Part shown: piece after piece, positions 53,799 to 63,084 of the stretch | Position numbering within the stretch: position 1 is the stretch's first letter | How the letters are laid out: every line of letters starts with the position of its first letter | NCBI GenBank assembly: GCA_910588015.1 | Contig: CAJUOK010000003.1 | Location: forward strand, 79,742 to 143,741 | DNA from: an uncultured Christensenellaceae bacterium | GTDB lineage: Bacteria > Bacillota > Clostridia > Christensenellales > UBA3700 | DNA length: 64,000 bases | Reading direction: 5' to 3' | Made by a program: the position numbers and the translations under genes | Notes under the pieces: generated by a model | Database searches by the model: none | What the model saw: only the letters and a program-made list of their open reading frames with translations | What the model was told of the DNA's origin: nothing

Positions 53799-54563
53799 TT
53801 AGTGCCTCCAATTAGCAAACGGCAGTTGATTATATTTTGTTTCAAAGTCATTTAATAGGGCGCTCTCCATTTCCTTTGGGTTATCGCACGGCAAATACCA
53901 CACTTCCAAATCTTCAAAATGTTGGATTTGCGCAATACTTCGTCCACCCCAGGCTGAGATAGGTTTACCGTTCCAAAATTCGATATGTTGTTGCATACGC
54001 TTTTCAACACTGCCTTCGCTTTTACCCAAATATAAAATATCTGCTTGGACGAGCAATTTCTGTTTTAATTTCTCAATATTTACAGTAGGGTCTTTTCCCT
54101 TGTACTTCCCTGCATTACTGGTTTGATTAAGAAGAATGTCTTGCATTTTTTCTGGACGCACAATAATGTAAATACCCTTAAAGTTGCCTCTGTCACTATC
54201 CAACTTTCCTATCGTTCCAGCATACTCAAATTGCTTATTCAAAAACATTCTCTTACTAATTTGATTGAGCATTACTATCTCTTTTTCTTCATGACCGACC
54301 AATTCTTCGATATAGTTATTGCCAAACGGCTTACCGCAATGCGGACAGATGTTGACGGTATAAACGTCATCGTTTGGATACAATACCGTTTTTATGACCA
54401 CTCCGTTTTCGGCAGCAACTGCTTTTTCTTTTTCCAAAAAGTTGCCAGGCGAAACTACACACTGCTTTTCGTTCCTCTCCCATTTTCCATAGGCTGCCTT
54501 GAATTCCTTTTTACAATTCCAGCAGATAGCTTTGCAAATGTAGAGCGTTCTTTTAGCACTCAT
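53799..54563 (-). CDS. Zinc-ribbon plus GIY-YIG-like nuclease-domain protein
   Basis: CWNC...CPHC N-terminal ribbon. KGIYIIV...ILYLGKSEGSVEKRMQQH...E...N resembles GIY-YIG with a long insert between GIY and YLG. Confidence 0.5.
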   Translation of the reverse strand: MSAKRTLYICKAICWNCKKEFKAAYGKWERNEKQCVVSPGNFLEKEKAVAAENGVVIKTVLYPNDDVYTVNICPHCGKPFGNNYIEELVGHEEKEIVMLNQISKRMFLNKQFEYAGTIGKLDSDRGNFKGIYIIVRPEKMQDILLNQTSNAGKYKGKDPTVNIEKLKQKLLVQADILYLGKSEGSVEKRMQQHIEFWNGKPISAWGGRSIAQIQHFEDLEVWYLPCDNPKEMESALLNDFETKYNQLPFANWRH

Positions 54564-54571
54564 ATACTCAC

Positions 54572-55579
54572 CTATCCTTCGTAGTTTCTCATCGATGCTT
54601 TTATGCGCTCTTTGAGTTCATCAATTACTGACTGTGGTGATGTAACTTTAAGGCTCTCACCAAAACCGATAACCCAAGCCAAGAACGGACTGCTCACTTG
54701 CACATCTACGGCAAACGATATCGTATCGGCATCGTGTTCATAGATTTTTACGCTTTCACCAAACTTGTCGAACACGGCATCCACTATACCCTTCTCGCCT
54801 ATTAAATGCACTCGCTCGGTCTTTCCACGGTACATACCCACAAGGCTTCTTTGGTGCTTTGAAAGGTCAAAATCTGATGCTTCCTTGTTTGGTGTTATTT
54901 CGTCATCAAGCATCTTCACTTGCTCCATTCGGTCAACTCGATACTGCACTATATTGCCGTGGTAATCATTATAGCAGAATAAGTAGTATTTATCATCGTG
55001 AAAAACAGTCGCAACGGGGTTTACGATATACCACCGCTGTTCGTCTGGCTTCGATGTGCGCATACGATACTTCCGCTTGTGATGAAGGTCGTAGTCAAAA
55101 TAATAAAAGCCAATCTTCCGCTTTTCGATAATGGCTTGGGAGATTTCATTCACGGAATAATAAATGCTTTCGTTGCTTCCTTTTACCGTTCCAAACTGCA
55201 CGATGTTACTCTTCAAAACCTCTGCCCTTTGACTGCCAGCGAGTTGTGCAATCTTGTCTATAAGAACCGGGGTTTTCTTATCGGTGATGAAACTCGCAGC
55301 CTGAACCGCATCCATAAGGATTTGAATTTCTGGTATATCGAAGCTACGGTCTTCAACATAATATCCGTTGCTCTTTCCCTTCTTCACGAGTATCTCATAG
55401 CCGTTTACGTTCAATTCTTCGATGTTTCGATAGAGCGTTCTACGATCACAACTGATGCCACACGCTTCAAGTCTCGCAATAAGGTCGTGGGTACTCATTG
55501 GATGTTGCTCATCAGTTTCTTGACGAAGAATATCCCATATCTTCAAGTATTTAATTTTGGATACGCTCTCTGCTTTCAT
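54572..55579 (-). CDS. WYL-domain transcriptional regulator (HTH-WYL-WCX architecture, BrxR/CapW-like)
   Basis: N-terminal wHTH (YLKIWDILRQ...HPMSTHDLI..L); central YYFDY...RWYIVNPVA..F.DDKYYLFCY WYL-like core. Confidence 0.75.
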   Translation of the reverse strand: MKAESVSKIKYLKIWDILRQETDEQHPMSTHDLIARLEACGISCDRRTLYRNIEELNVNGYEILVKKGKSNGYYVEDRSFDIPEIQILMDAVQAASFITDKKTPVLIDKIAQLAGSQRAEVLKSNIVQFGTVKGSNESIYYSVNEISQAIIEKRKIGFYYFDYDLHHKRKYRMRTSKPDEQRWYIVNPVATVFHDDKYYLFCYNDYHGNIVQYRVDRMEQVKMLDDEITPNKEASDFDLSKHQRSLVGMYRGKTERVHLIGEKGIVDAVFDKFGESVKIYEHDADTISFAVDVQVSSPFLAWVIGFGESLKVTSPQSVIDELKERIKASMRNYEG

Positions 55580-55606
55580 AGTCTGTCTCCCATTATGGAC
55601 TTCTAG

Positions 55607-55636
55607 ATTATATCACAATCCTCACCCCTTTGTCTA
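55607..55636 (-). promoter_or_regulatory. Promoter of the WYL operon (TAGACA-N18-TGaTATAAT, extended -10), bracketed by CTAGA/TCTAG half-sites
   Basis: Read on the minus strand upstream of the GGGAGA RBS. Confidence 0.6.
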
Positions 55637-55767
55637 GTTTTACTGTCGCAAAAGTATGACACAAAATAACAAAATAAAACCGCCATGATTAGGATTCTAA
55701 AATTTGCCCCGCACGGACTACCAGTCCGTTCGAACCCATCACCACAACGGTATTATTGAAAAATTAT

Positions 55768-55790
55768 TGCGCATAAAATTTTAGCGCATT
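55768..55790. repeat. Inverted exact copy of the 23-nt palindrome at 25604-25626
   Basis: TGCGCATAAAATTTTAGCGCATT. Confidence 0.9.
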
Positions 55791-55801
55791 TCGCAATTTA
55801 A

Positions 55802-56001
55802 TTTAGACTTTTCATAGGTCATAAAAACCCCAAATTTAGACTTTTCATAGAATGCACTTTCAACTCTAACCCCCATTTAGGGTTGTATCCTTTGCGGCAG
55901 TGAGTGTTTATCCTTGTTCCTATGAAAAGTCTAACCCCCTAAAAATGCCCATATTTTGGGCAAAAATGCCCCATTTTAGCCATATTTTGGGTTAGACTTT
56001 T
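55802..56001. repeat. Junction repeat array. TTTAGACTTTTCATAG occurs twice in direct orientation, once inverted and once as a partial copy. Duplicated AAAAATGCCC / CCATATTTTGGG blocks are also present.
   Basis: Copies at 55802-55817 and 55835-55850, inverted at 55920-55934, partial at 55992-56001 overlapping the capsid stop codon. Confidence 0.85.
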
Positions 56002-57043
56002 ATCGCTCAAACAATCTCCAATCGCAAAGCTGATGCAACTTAAAGTCCTTGCTGTTGAGCAAATACATAGTTCCCGATTCGACGAATCTGTCGGCAACAA
56101 GCGGGATGCCGTTGTAAGACAGCGCCTTGAAACCTCCGTCGAGATTCATAAAATCAACATTGGTTCTCGTCAACGCAAGATAGTCGAGATAAGCTCTCCT
56201 CACGTCGTAAGAGCATACTATAAAGTCGATTTGAGAACCTGCCACTTCGTCGATATAGTCTATCGCGCTTTGAATCTTCGCCGTGGAAATCGCTCCCACG
56301 TTGTCATAACGCTTGGGCGAAAGCCAACTTCTGCCCGCTCTCGAAAGTCCGTAAAGGTCTTTGTCCGAAAAAATAGCGCCAAGTCCCGTCAGCTCGTTTT
56401 CTTTGGAGCCTTGCACCGTCACCGTATCTCCCTCTTCAATCTTCGTCGTAGCAGTCGCCGAAACCGTCACGGTGTTGTTTACTCTGTCGACGCTAGTTAT
56501 TCTCACGCCCTTAAAGTCGGGATAAAGAGAACCCGTCTTAGAATAAACGTCCACGACCATACCTTCCATAACGTTGCGAACGCTGTCGAGAGCAATGACG
56601 TTGCTTGCCGAGCTTTGCTCTTTGCAAGTTGCCAAAACGCCGCTGCCGTCGCCGTAAAGCATTCTGCCGAGATTGAATTTGGAAGCTTTGAGCAAACCTT
56701 CCATCTCTGCGTTGAGAAGATTGACGAAGGCTCCCGTGTTGGACTGCGACGCTCTGATAGCTTTGTCCGAAAGCTCTATCGTGCCGTAAAGATTCTTGAG
56801 TTCGAGTTTGAATCTATCGTAATTATTAGCCGCAGGCGAAGGCAGTTCGCCAGTCTCTGTGCCCGCGCCGATACCGCCGTTGAGACCGTAAGGCACAAGT
56901 TTGATTATCTCCTTGCCCCACACGTCTCCCGTCGTCTGTTCAATCTTGGCAAGAAGCGGATTGACGCCCACGTTGAGTTGGTCTGCCACTACGTTTAAAT
57001 ATACGCTCTTAAGCGCTTTTTCTGCTGTTTCTAACGTTACCAT
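56000..57043 (-). CDS. Major capsid protein of the second phage, possibly truncated at the 3' end
   Basis: Follows the scaffold gene. Ends ...FKLHQLCDW-RLFER directly at the repeat array. Confidence 0.7.
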   Translation of the reverse strand: MVTLETAEKALKSVYLNVVADQLNVGVNPLLAKIEQTTGDVWGKEIIKLVPYGLNGGIGAGTETGELPSPAANNYDRFKLELKNLYGTIELSDKAIRASQSNTGAFVNLLNAEMEGLLKASKFNLGRMLYGDGSGVLATCKEQSSASNVIALDSVRNVMEGMVVDVYSKTGSLYPDFKGVRITSVDRVNNTVTVSATATTKIEEGDTVTVQGSKENELTGLGAIFSDKDLYGLSRAGRSWLSPKRYDNVGAISTAKIQSAIDYIDEVAGSQIDFIVCSYDVRRAYLDYLALTRTNVDFMNLDGGFKALSYNGIPLVADRFVESGTMYLLNSKDFKLHQLCDWRLFER

Positions 57044-57639
57044 TATATCCTCCTATTGTCGAGCATAGCCTTGATTACGCTGCCCGCCTCGGCTATGCTC
57101 TTGGGTCTGCTAGGCGGTGTAAGCGCAGTTCGTCCCCTTGACGAAATGGATTTCGGGGGAAGATTTTGCTGTAAGCCGTCAAGATATTCTTGTATTATTT
57201 TATCTTTGACGGCATTATTCTCATAGATGTATTTTTGCAAGAACTCTTCGTCGCCGGCAAGTTTTTCGGGAGATACGTAAGCCGTCGCAAGCACGGCGGC
57301 AAGCGCTTTTTCCAAACAGTCACCGTCTTGTTGAAGCGATTGGTTCTGCGCTATCTCGCTGCCTATCTGCGCCGAAAATTGCTTTGCAATAGGATACCTT
57401 TGCAAAAAATCCGTCACTTTGTCTTTCCAACCGACCTGCGCAAATACGGGCACACTCTCATTCTCGGAAGCGACGTCTTCGTCCTTCCCTTCTTCTGCGT
57501 CATCTGCGCCGCCGTCGATTAAATTGACTTCTGTATTGTCAAAATCTTCTCCGCTATCAATTTCGCGGGGTATATTCTCAAGCTCGGTCGGCATTGCCGA
57601 CTCGCCGTCGAAATCTTCAGTTTGTCGATACGGTTGCAT
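57043..57639 (-). CDS. Scaffolding protein
   Basis: Start at MQPYRQ (GGAGGAG RBS). Acidic, helical, between portal and capsid. Confidence 0.6.
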   Translation of the reverse strand: MQPYRQTEDFDGESAMPTELENIPREIDSGEDFDNTEVNLIDGGADDAEEGKDEDVASENESVPVFAQVGWKDKVTDFLQRYPIAKQFSAQIGSEIAQNQSLQQDGDCLEKALAAVLATAYVSPEKLAGDEEFLQKYIYENNAVKDKIIQEYLDGLQQNLPPKSISSRGRTALTPPSRPKSIAEAGSVIKAMLDNRRI

Positions 57640-59488
57640 TGTTTTCTCCTCCGACCGCCGACGTATCCGCAACGGTCTTCATCATTTTATGTCTCTTGAT
57701 ATGTTCGTCAATCAAATCTATTACGCTTTGGTCTTTTTCTTCAAGCAAATGTTTGAGATGTTCGTCGATATGCAAGGTATGGTCGTCGTAATCGGCGACG
57801 TCTATTTCCTCTTTGCCGAAATCTAAATTTTCCTTCATAGCTTTTTTGCGATGACTTTCGTCGACGTCTTTGCTCGACTCCCAATTGCCGAATCCCAATA
57901 TCTCCAAAATCTTCAGCTTATTGCGATTGGAAACATAGCCGTTGCCGTCGTTGAATATACCCATACGCACAAGCTCCAACACCATATTACGTTTGTTTTC
58001 CAACGTGTCGGTGAGTTCGTTTTCATTGTCGAAAACAAGGTCGTCGCTTTGCAAGTCGCTGGCGGTAAAATACGCAAGCTCGACTTCGCCGTTGTCTCCC
58101 GAGAATTTTTTCATACGCTTGGTAACACAAAACTGTCTGTAAAGACGAAGCATCTGTTCGCAAATTCTTTTGATACCCATACGCAACGACGTCGTGGCAA
58201 TCGACAGTCTCGTGTCGTCCTGCTCTACCAACATACCTATTGCCTTACCCGACATTTGATTGAGCACGTTGGAATATTTGCTCAACTCGCTCACGCCCGA
58301 TATCGTTGTGAATTCAGAAAGTATCCTGTCTTCTTCGTATTGAAAATCCACGGGAACTCTGCCGCTCTCAAGCAATTTCGGAGGCGTCGAACCCTGTCGG
58401 TATATCAAGACCTTGCCGGGAGACAGACCGTCTTCTTCGAGTTCGTCGGTGTCTATCGAACCGTCCTCCACGCTCAACACTCCCATAGAAATTCTGTTGA
58501 TGAATTCGTGCTTGCGGTTCTTGACGGCGTTGTAAGCCCTCTGCAGCGGAATAAGCCGCTCTATTATACTCGAGCCGTAAAAACAGCCCAATTTTTCCAA
58601 ACAAACAATCTTGGTAAACGGATAACCGCGACATTCGTTGACTGCGTTGATATAGGGCAATTCGCCGTGATACAACAGTCTGTCGCCCGCGACTATGCTC
58701 AATTCTCCGTTGGGCTTTTGCGCGGTGGGACGGGAATATTTTTCGATGACGACGCACATATCGTGAGCCACGCCGTCAAAGGCGTTGCGCGCGCCGCCCG
58801 TCTGAAAGACTCCGCCCGCGCCGTCAAGAGAAAACACGTTGACGTCCTCTCCTTTTACGTCAACTCCCCATATATCTTTTATTTCGTCGACGTGATACGC
58901 TTTTGCGTGTATGATACTCATACAGTCGTCGATATTGACCGTGCCGAGGCTGTCGGGAAAGAGCTCGTACGGCGGAACTACGGAAATGTCAACGTCGCCC
59001 TCTCTCACCGCGCCCGTCTTGCTTTGCCCTATGACTTTGCCTTTTTCGCCCGACCACACCGTCTTGAAAAAACAACTGCCCGTAACTTCGCTCCAACTGC
59101 TGGCTTCGTTGAGCAATCGCGGTATTTGATTCTCTTCGCAAAGAGCTTTGACAATCTGCGTCGAGAGTTTTGCGGTCTGCACGTCGCTGTCGTCGTTGCT
59201 GAACGGACGTACGCTTATGGCGCATTTAAGCCTGTTGAGCTTGGACAGTCTTGTCTCGATTATCGACGCGATATGATTGTATACTTCCCTTTCCTGCCAA
59301 TAATACTGCTTGCCGTATTGCTCGATATCGCCCACGGGCGTAATCTCCGAATACTGCTCGCCGTTGTAGAAATTCATATTCAGCCGCCATTGCAATTCCA
59401 GTTGTTTTCTCTCGGCTCTGCGTCTTTCGAAATCCTTGCGTACCTGTTTGACAATATCCTCGCAAAATTCGCTTTTAAACTTGTTCAT
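57617..59488 (-). CDS. Portal protein (second phage)
   Basis: 623 aa downstream of TerL; AAGGAG RBS. Confidence 0.75.
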   Translation of the reverse strand: MNKFKSEFCEDIVKQVRKDFERRRAERKQLELQWRLNMNFYNGEQYSEITPVGDIEQYGKQYYWQEREVYNHIASIIETRLSKLNRLKCAISVRPFSNDDSDVQTAKLSTQIVKALCEENQIPRLLNEASSWSEVTGSCFFKTVWSGEKGKVIGQSKTGAVREGDVDISVVPPYELFPDSLGTVNIDDCMSIIHAKAYHVDEIKDIWGVDVKGEDVNVFSLDGAGGVFQTGGARNAFDGVAHDMCVVIEKYSRPTAQKPNGELSIVAGDRLLYHGELPYINAVNECRGYPFTKIVCLEKLGCFYGSSIIERLIPLQRAYNAVKNRKHEFINRISMGVLSVEDGSIDTDELEEDGLSPGKVLIYRQGSTPPKLLESGRVPVDFQYEEDRILSEFTTISGVSELSKYSNVLNQMSGKAIGMLVEQDDTRLSIATTSLRMGIKRICEQMLRLYRQFCVTKRMKKFSGDNGEVELAYFTASDLQSDDLVFDNENELTDTLENKRNMVLELVRMGIFNDGNGYVSNRNKLKILEILGFGNWESSKDVDESHRKKAMKENLDFGKEEIDVADYDDHTLHIDEHLKHLLEEKDQSVIDLIDEHIKRHKMMKTVADTSAVGGENNATVSTN

Positions 59489-59699
59489 AAATTACGCTCC
59501 TTTTTCTCTTTTTGCATTTTTTGCCGCAGTCGCGCTCAAGCTGACTTCCCACGGCAAGATATATCTTACGCGCGCAATCTTTGCACAGATGGATATATCC
59601 GTCGGCATTTACGCCGTCGGGTATCAGCGAATAAAGCGCAAGGTTGCGGCAGTTTCCCGCGTCGCATTTAACTTTGTTGGTCTGAATTGTTATCTTCAT
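59475..59699 (-). CDS. Small Cys-rich basic protein
   Basis: C..GNC...LCKDC; AAGGAGA RBS. Confidence 0.5.
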   Translation of the reverse strand: MKITIQTNKVKCDAGNCRNLALYSLIPDGVNADGYIHLCKDCARKIYLAVGSQLERDCGKKCKKRKRSVIYEQV

Positions 59700-59979
59700 A
59701 CTTTTCTCCTTTTTGAATGTCGCCGAGTTTTTTCAGCAATTTGATTTTGAGTTTTTCAAGTTCTACGTCGCTCAAATCGGATAAATCGTTTTCTCTTCCT
59801 TCGAGTTCGAGCGCCGCTTTGAGAGCCGCCAAATCGGGCGGTATTTGCTTGATGCTTATTTTGCGCTTGATGAGTTGGTCGTCCGCGCTGTATTCCTCCA
59901 CAACTTCGCGCGCCTCATATCCTATGGCTTTTCGCAATATAGCGCGCCGTAGGTCTTGGTTTTGCAATTCGCCTTTCAT
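59668..59979 (-). CDS. Hypothetical coiled-coil protein
   Basis: 103 aa; AAGGAG RBS. Confidence 0.45.
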   Translation of the reverse strand: MKGELQNQDLRRAILRKAIGYEAREVVEEYSADDQLIKRKISIKQIPPDLAALKAALELEGRENDLSDLSDVELEKLKIKLLKKLGDIQKGEKYEDNNSDQQS

Positions 59980-59988
59980 ATCGCTCCT

Positions 59989-61407
59989 TCAAACATTTTG
60001 CCTGCGCCTGATAAGTTTTCGTTTGTCCTTTTGAATTTCGCTTTGCGGCGAGGACGGCAATTTTGCAGGCTGAGGTTTTGACGAAATATAATATCTCAAC
60101 GCGTCAAGCGCGTGGTCGTCTTTTTTTATAGGTCTGTCGCCCTTGCCCCACCAATAACTTTTGAGCTCTCTAATTAGGTTTACGCAGGTGGAAAATATCT
60201 TTATCTTTCCTTCGGCAAAATAACTTTTGACTCGCGCAATCCCACCGAAGAGTTGCTTATCGACGTTGGTATTTACCAATATGCCTCTCTCGTAAAAGAG
60301 TTCGCTGACGCTTTTTCTAGAAGCAAGAGTATGCTGGTCCGCCGCGCTGTCTATCAAAGCCGTCAATCTGCCTTTGGAATCGGTGTGCCAATTGAGTTTG
60401 CGCGCAAGTTCTTTTATTTGCTCCGAATGGTAATCTATATCTTTGCCCGCCATATACCATTCCCCGACAACGTAGATATTGCCGTCGTAATCAGAAGCGA
60501 AAAACAGACAGGCAAGCGGATTGTTGAGTCCCGGGTCTATGGAAATATTGTCTTGCCAATCAAATGGCACGTCAAAAGGCTCAATCACGTCTCTGGCGAT
60601 GTCGAATTCTTTATAGACTATACCCTCAGCCTCGCAGAACCTGCCGAAACGGCGGGAAGAGAGCGTCTTTTCATCCATATTCGCAGACAGACTCGCGACC
60701 TCTTTTTCGTCCAAGAAGGGATTGTCAGCCCATTCTACGTGCTGATGCCACACTTCTTTGTCGTCGGACGAATTGAGATATATTTCGTCGTATACCCAAG
60801 TTAGACCTTTGAGAGGAGTCATAGTTCCCCATATGTCTCCCACTCTGTCGATAATTCGCATACGGCATTCGTCGTAGACGTCCTTGGGCGGCTCTTCGTC
60901 AAACCAAACGAAATCCAGCGAAGCTCCCTGAAATTTTTCTCTGCCTTGGTCGCAACTTTTAAAAGACACTTTGGAGGTTCCGCCCAACACGTTTTTTACA
61001 AGAACGTAATCTATAACGCCGTACTCGGCAGACCCTTTTTTGCCTGAAAGCATAACTATGTCGGCTATCCAATCGGGATTGAGATAGGACAAAAATTTGC
61101 TTTGCGCAACGTCTCTTTGCACTTCGTAAGACAACGACACTATCCATCCCGACACGTTGTTGCGATTTTGCCTGTAGGGATGAATTCCTCTTGCCCACCA
61201 TACCGCTTCCACTGCTCCGCACTCGGTTTTTCCCGAACGGTTGCCGCCGAACACCCATCTGTTGCGCTTTTGACACTTGTGAAATTCAAGCTGCTTTTTA
61301 TGCACTTTCTCGCCTGTGTTATACCTCGAGAGCCTGTCGTTTGCCTTGCGCCTGTTTTGCTCTTTTTCTATGGCGAGCAATGCAAAAATTATTTCTTTTT
61401 CTTCCAT
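59989..61407 (-). CDS. terL: Terminase large subunit (second phage)
   Basis: Walker A GGNRSGKT; Walker B LDFVWFDEE; C-terminal nuclease-like region; 472 aa. No terS is visible upstream. Confidence 0.8.
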   Translation of the reverse strand: MEEKEIIFALLAIEKEQNRRKANDRLSRYNTGEKVHKKQLEFHKCQKRNRWVFGGNRSGKTECGAVEAVWWARGIHPYRQNRNNVSGWIVSLSYEVQRDVAQSKFLSYLNPDWIADIVMLSGKKGSAEYGVIDYVLVKNVLGGTSKVSFKSCDQGREKFQGASLDFVWFDEEPPKDVYDECRMRIIDRVGDIWGTMTPLKGLTWVYDEIYLNSSDDKEVWHQHVEWADNPFLDEKEVASLSANMDEKTLSSRRFGRFCEAEGIVYKEFDIARDVIEPFDVPFDWQDNISIDPGLNNPLACLFFASDYDGNIYVVGEWYMAGKDIDYHSEQIKELARKLNWHTDSKGRLTALIDSAADQHTLASRKSVSELFYERGILVNTNVDKQLFGGIARVKSYFAEGKIKIFSTCVNLIRELKSYWWGKGDRPIKKDDHALDALRYYISSKPQPAKLPSSPQSEIQKDKRKLIRRRQNV

Positions 61408-61509
61408 AATTCGTCAATTTATCCGTATATTTTTTTGATTTATTGCCGCAATAGTATTGTAAAAATCTTATAAATGCAATATAATTGAATTATACTTTTA
61501 GAGGTCCGT

Positions 61510-62325
61510 ATGAAAAAATTAATAATTCTTACAATGCTACTTATGATTTTGAGCGTATGCGCGCTGTCTGCGGGCGTATGTTTTGCCGACGAGACTTCGA
61601 CTTATTATTACGTCGAAAAAGACAAAGAACTCACAGTATATATATCGCCGCAGAGAACAAGCGGCATAGCGTTGCAAATCCCCGCTACTTACGCTTTTAA
61701 ATACATCAAAGACGAAAACGGCGATTTCGCGGCGATAGAATACAACGGCTGTCAAGGTTACGTCTTGCTCAACGACTTCAACGTAATGTGTAAAAAAGTC
61801 GACGCCAAGTGGGGCGAAAATCCTTATGAATATACTTTCAAAGCCCAAGACTTCGATAAGTTCAAGTCTGAAAATATCGTCGCTTATACATATAACGGCA
61901 ACAGCCTTTCCGCTGTCAACAATCCCACTCCGTCGAATCTTATAACTATCAAAAACGTCTACGGATATTTCAAAGACGGCAACCAAACGTATATCCTCGT
62001 GGACATCGCGCTAAACGTAGGCATAGGCTATGAAATGCTCAAACATTATATCAAAGCCGACGATATTCAAGGCGCTTTGGAACTTGTCAACGGCATTCCG
62101 CAAAGCGCGGGATATATTGCCCAGACAACCCCGGACAAGCCGACCGTTCCCAGCGGAGACTCAAATTCGGGAGACAACAATACTCCCAACGTCGGCGACA
62201 ATAACTCGGATACGCAGACCCCAAAAAATTCTTTGGACAGATATATTATGATTGCCGTAATTGCCGTACTGTGCGTCGTCATAATAATACTAATTTTTGC
62301 TCCGACGAAAAAAAGACAAGGTTGA
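61510..62325 (+). CDS. Secreted protein with a C-terminal membrane anchor and a low-complexity linker
   Basis: Signal peptide MKKLIILTMLLMILSVCALSAGVCFA; C-terminal TM IMIAVIAVLCVVIIILIF. Confidence 0.55.
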   Translation: MKKLIILTMLLMILSVCALSAGVCFADETSTYYYVEKDKELTVYISPQRTSGIALQIPATYAFKYIKDENGDFAAIEYNGCQGYVLLNDFNVMCKKVDAKWGENPYEYTFKAQDFDKFKSENIVAYTYNGNSLSAVNNPTPSNLITIKNVYGYFKDGNQTYILVDIALNVGIGYEMLKHYIKADDIQGALELVNGIPQSAGYIAQTTPDKPTVPSGDSNSGDNNTPNVGDNNSDTQTPKNSLDRYIMIAVIAVLCVVIIILIFAPTKKRQG

Positions 62326-62363
62326 TTTAAACTTCCGTCGGCTCTCCGTTATGGGGAGCCGAT

Positions 62364-62927
62364 TTACATTGACGCAACTCCGCTCGCGCCGTCGGCGCTA
62401 AAACTCATATACCCGTCGCGCAAATTCAATCTGTCGGCAAACTTAACTTTTTTGTCTTCAACGGCTTGGCTTTTGTCTTTAAGTTGGCAATATCTGATAC
62501 CTTTGACAAAAACAGGGTCTTCTGCGTAACGCTTGTCCAACCATTTTTCGTCATAACCTTTTATAATGCAATAACTTGAGAACTGCTTCAACGCGATTTC
62601 GTGCCATCTGAACACGCTTCGCAAGCATATATTCAAGGCGTCAGCGATTTCTTCAAAGCTTTTACGCTGTAAATACCTCAACTCCAAAACTCTTCTGCTG
62701 TTTGGTTTCAACGCGCCGAGAGCGTTGTCAACTATGACTTTTGCGTTTATCAACAGTTCTTTGCGAGCGTTGTTCGCCATCATTTTGTTCATCAAATCCA
62801 ACGCGTTGCCTTGATAAGAAAAACTGCCGAGCGCTATTTGCATATTGCTTCTGTCAATGCACTTGACCACAAGCGGCAAAGCGTTGTAAGTCGCCAGCAA
62901 ACTCTTTGACCATAAATCTTGATGCAT
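62364..62927 (-). CDS. Sigma-70 region-4-like HTH regulator
   Basis: RRVLELRYLQRKSFEEIADALNICLRSVFRWH; GGGAGG RBS. Confidence 0.6.
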   Translation of the reverse strand: MHQDLWSKSLLATYNALPLVVKCIDRSNMQIALGSFSYQGNALDLMNKMMANNARKELLINAKVIVDNALGALKPNSRRVLELRYLQRKSFEEIADALNICLRSVFRWHEIALKQFSSYCIIKGYDEKWLDKRYAEDPVFVKGIRYCQLKDKSQAVEDKKVKFADRLNLRDGYMSFSADGASGVASM

Positions 62928-63084
62928 AAAAAATCACCTCCCTGTTTCCCAGCTCCGTCGTCGGATTTGGGCGTTCATCTTAATATTCTCAACATACGGC
63001 TAACCTTATTTTGACTTATTTCGCCGCAACACCCAAATTATAAGACACAAATTTTCCCAAATGCAATCTTTTATGACACATTTT

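Larger units (their letters stand above)
40453..55999 (-). mobile_element. Accessory / anti-phage defence island contiguous with the prophage
   Basis: R-M-like, helicase, WYL and GIY-YIG genes with no phage core functions. Both flanks are repeat-rich non-coding DNA sharing TAACCCCC motifs. Confidence 0.6.
56000..62927 (-). mobile_element. Second phage-derived packaging/head module (interrupted prophage or remnant) with different composition
   Basis: A second TerL, portal, scaffold and capsid set. CG-rich codon usage produces long antisense shadow ORFs. No tail or lysis genes follow. Confidence 0.6.

Noticed and set aside
55700-55750. A GGGTTCGAA-containing segment (minus strand) with a 7-bp hairpin ACGGACT/AGTCCGT, considered as a tRNA 3' fragment or att core.
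   Set aside because: The flanking bases do not form a T-stem or an acceptor stem, and there is no CCA-proximal structure.
56033-59671. Very long plus-strand ORFs (321 aa at 56033-56998 and 606 aa at 57851-59671) opposite the capsid and portal genes.
   Set aside because: They are Arg/Val/Phe-rich, low-complexity translations with no RBS. They exactly shadow well-supported minus-strand structural genes, so they are a codon-bias artefact.
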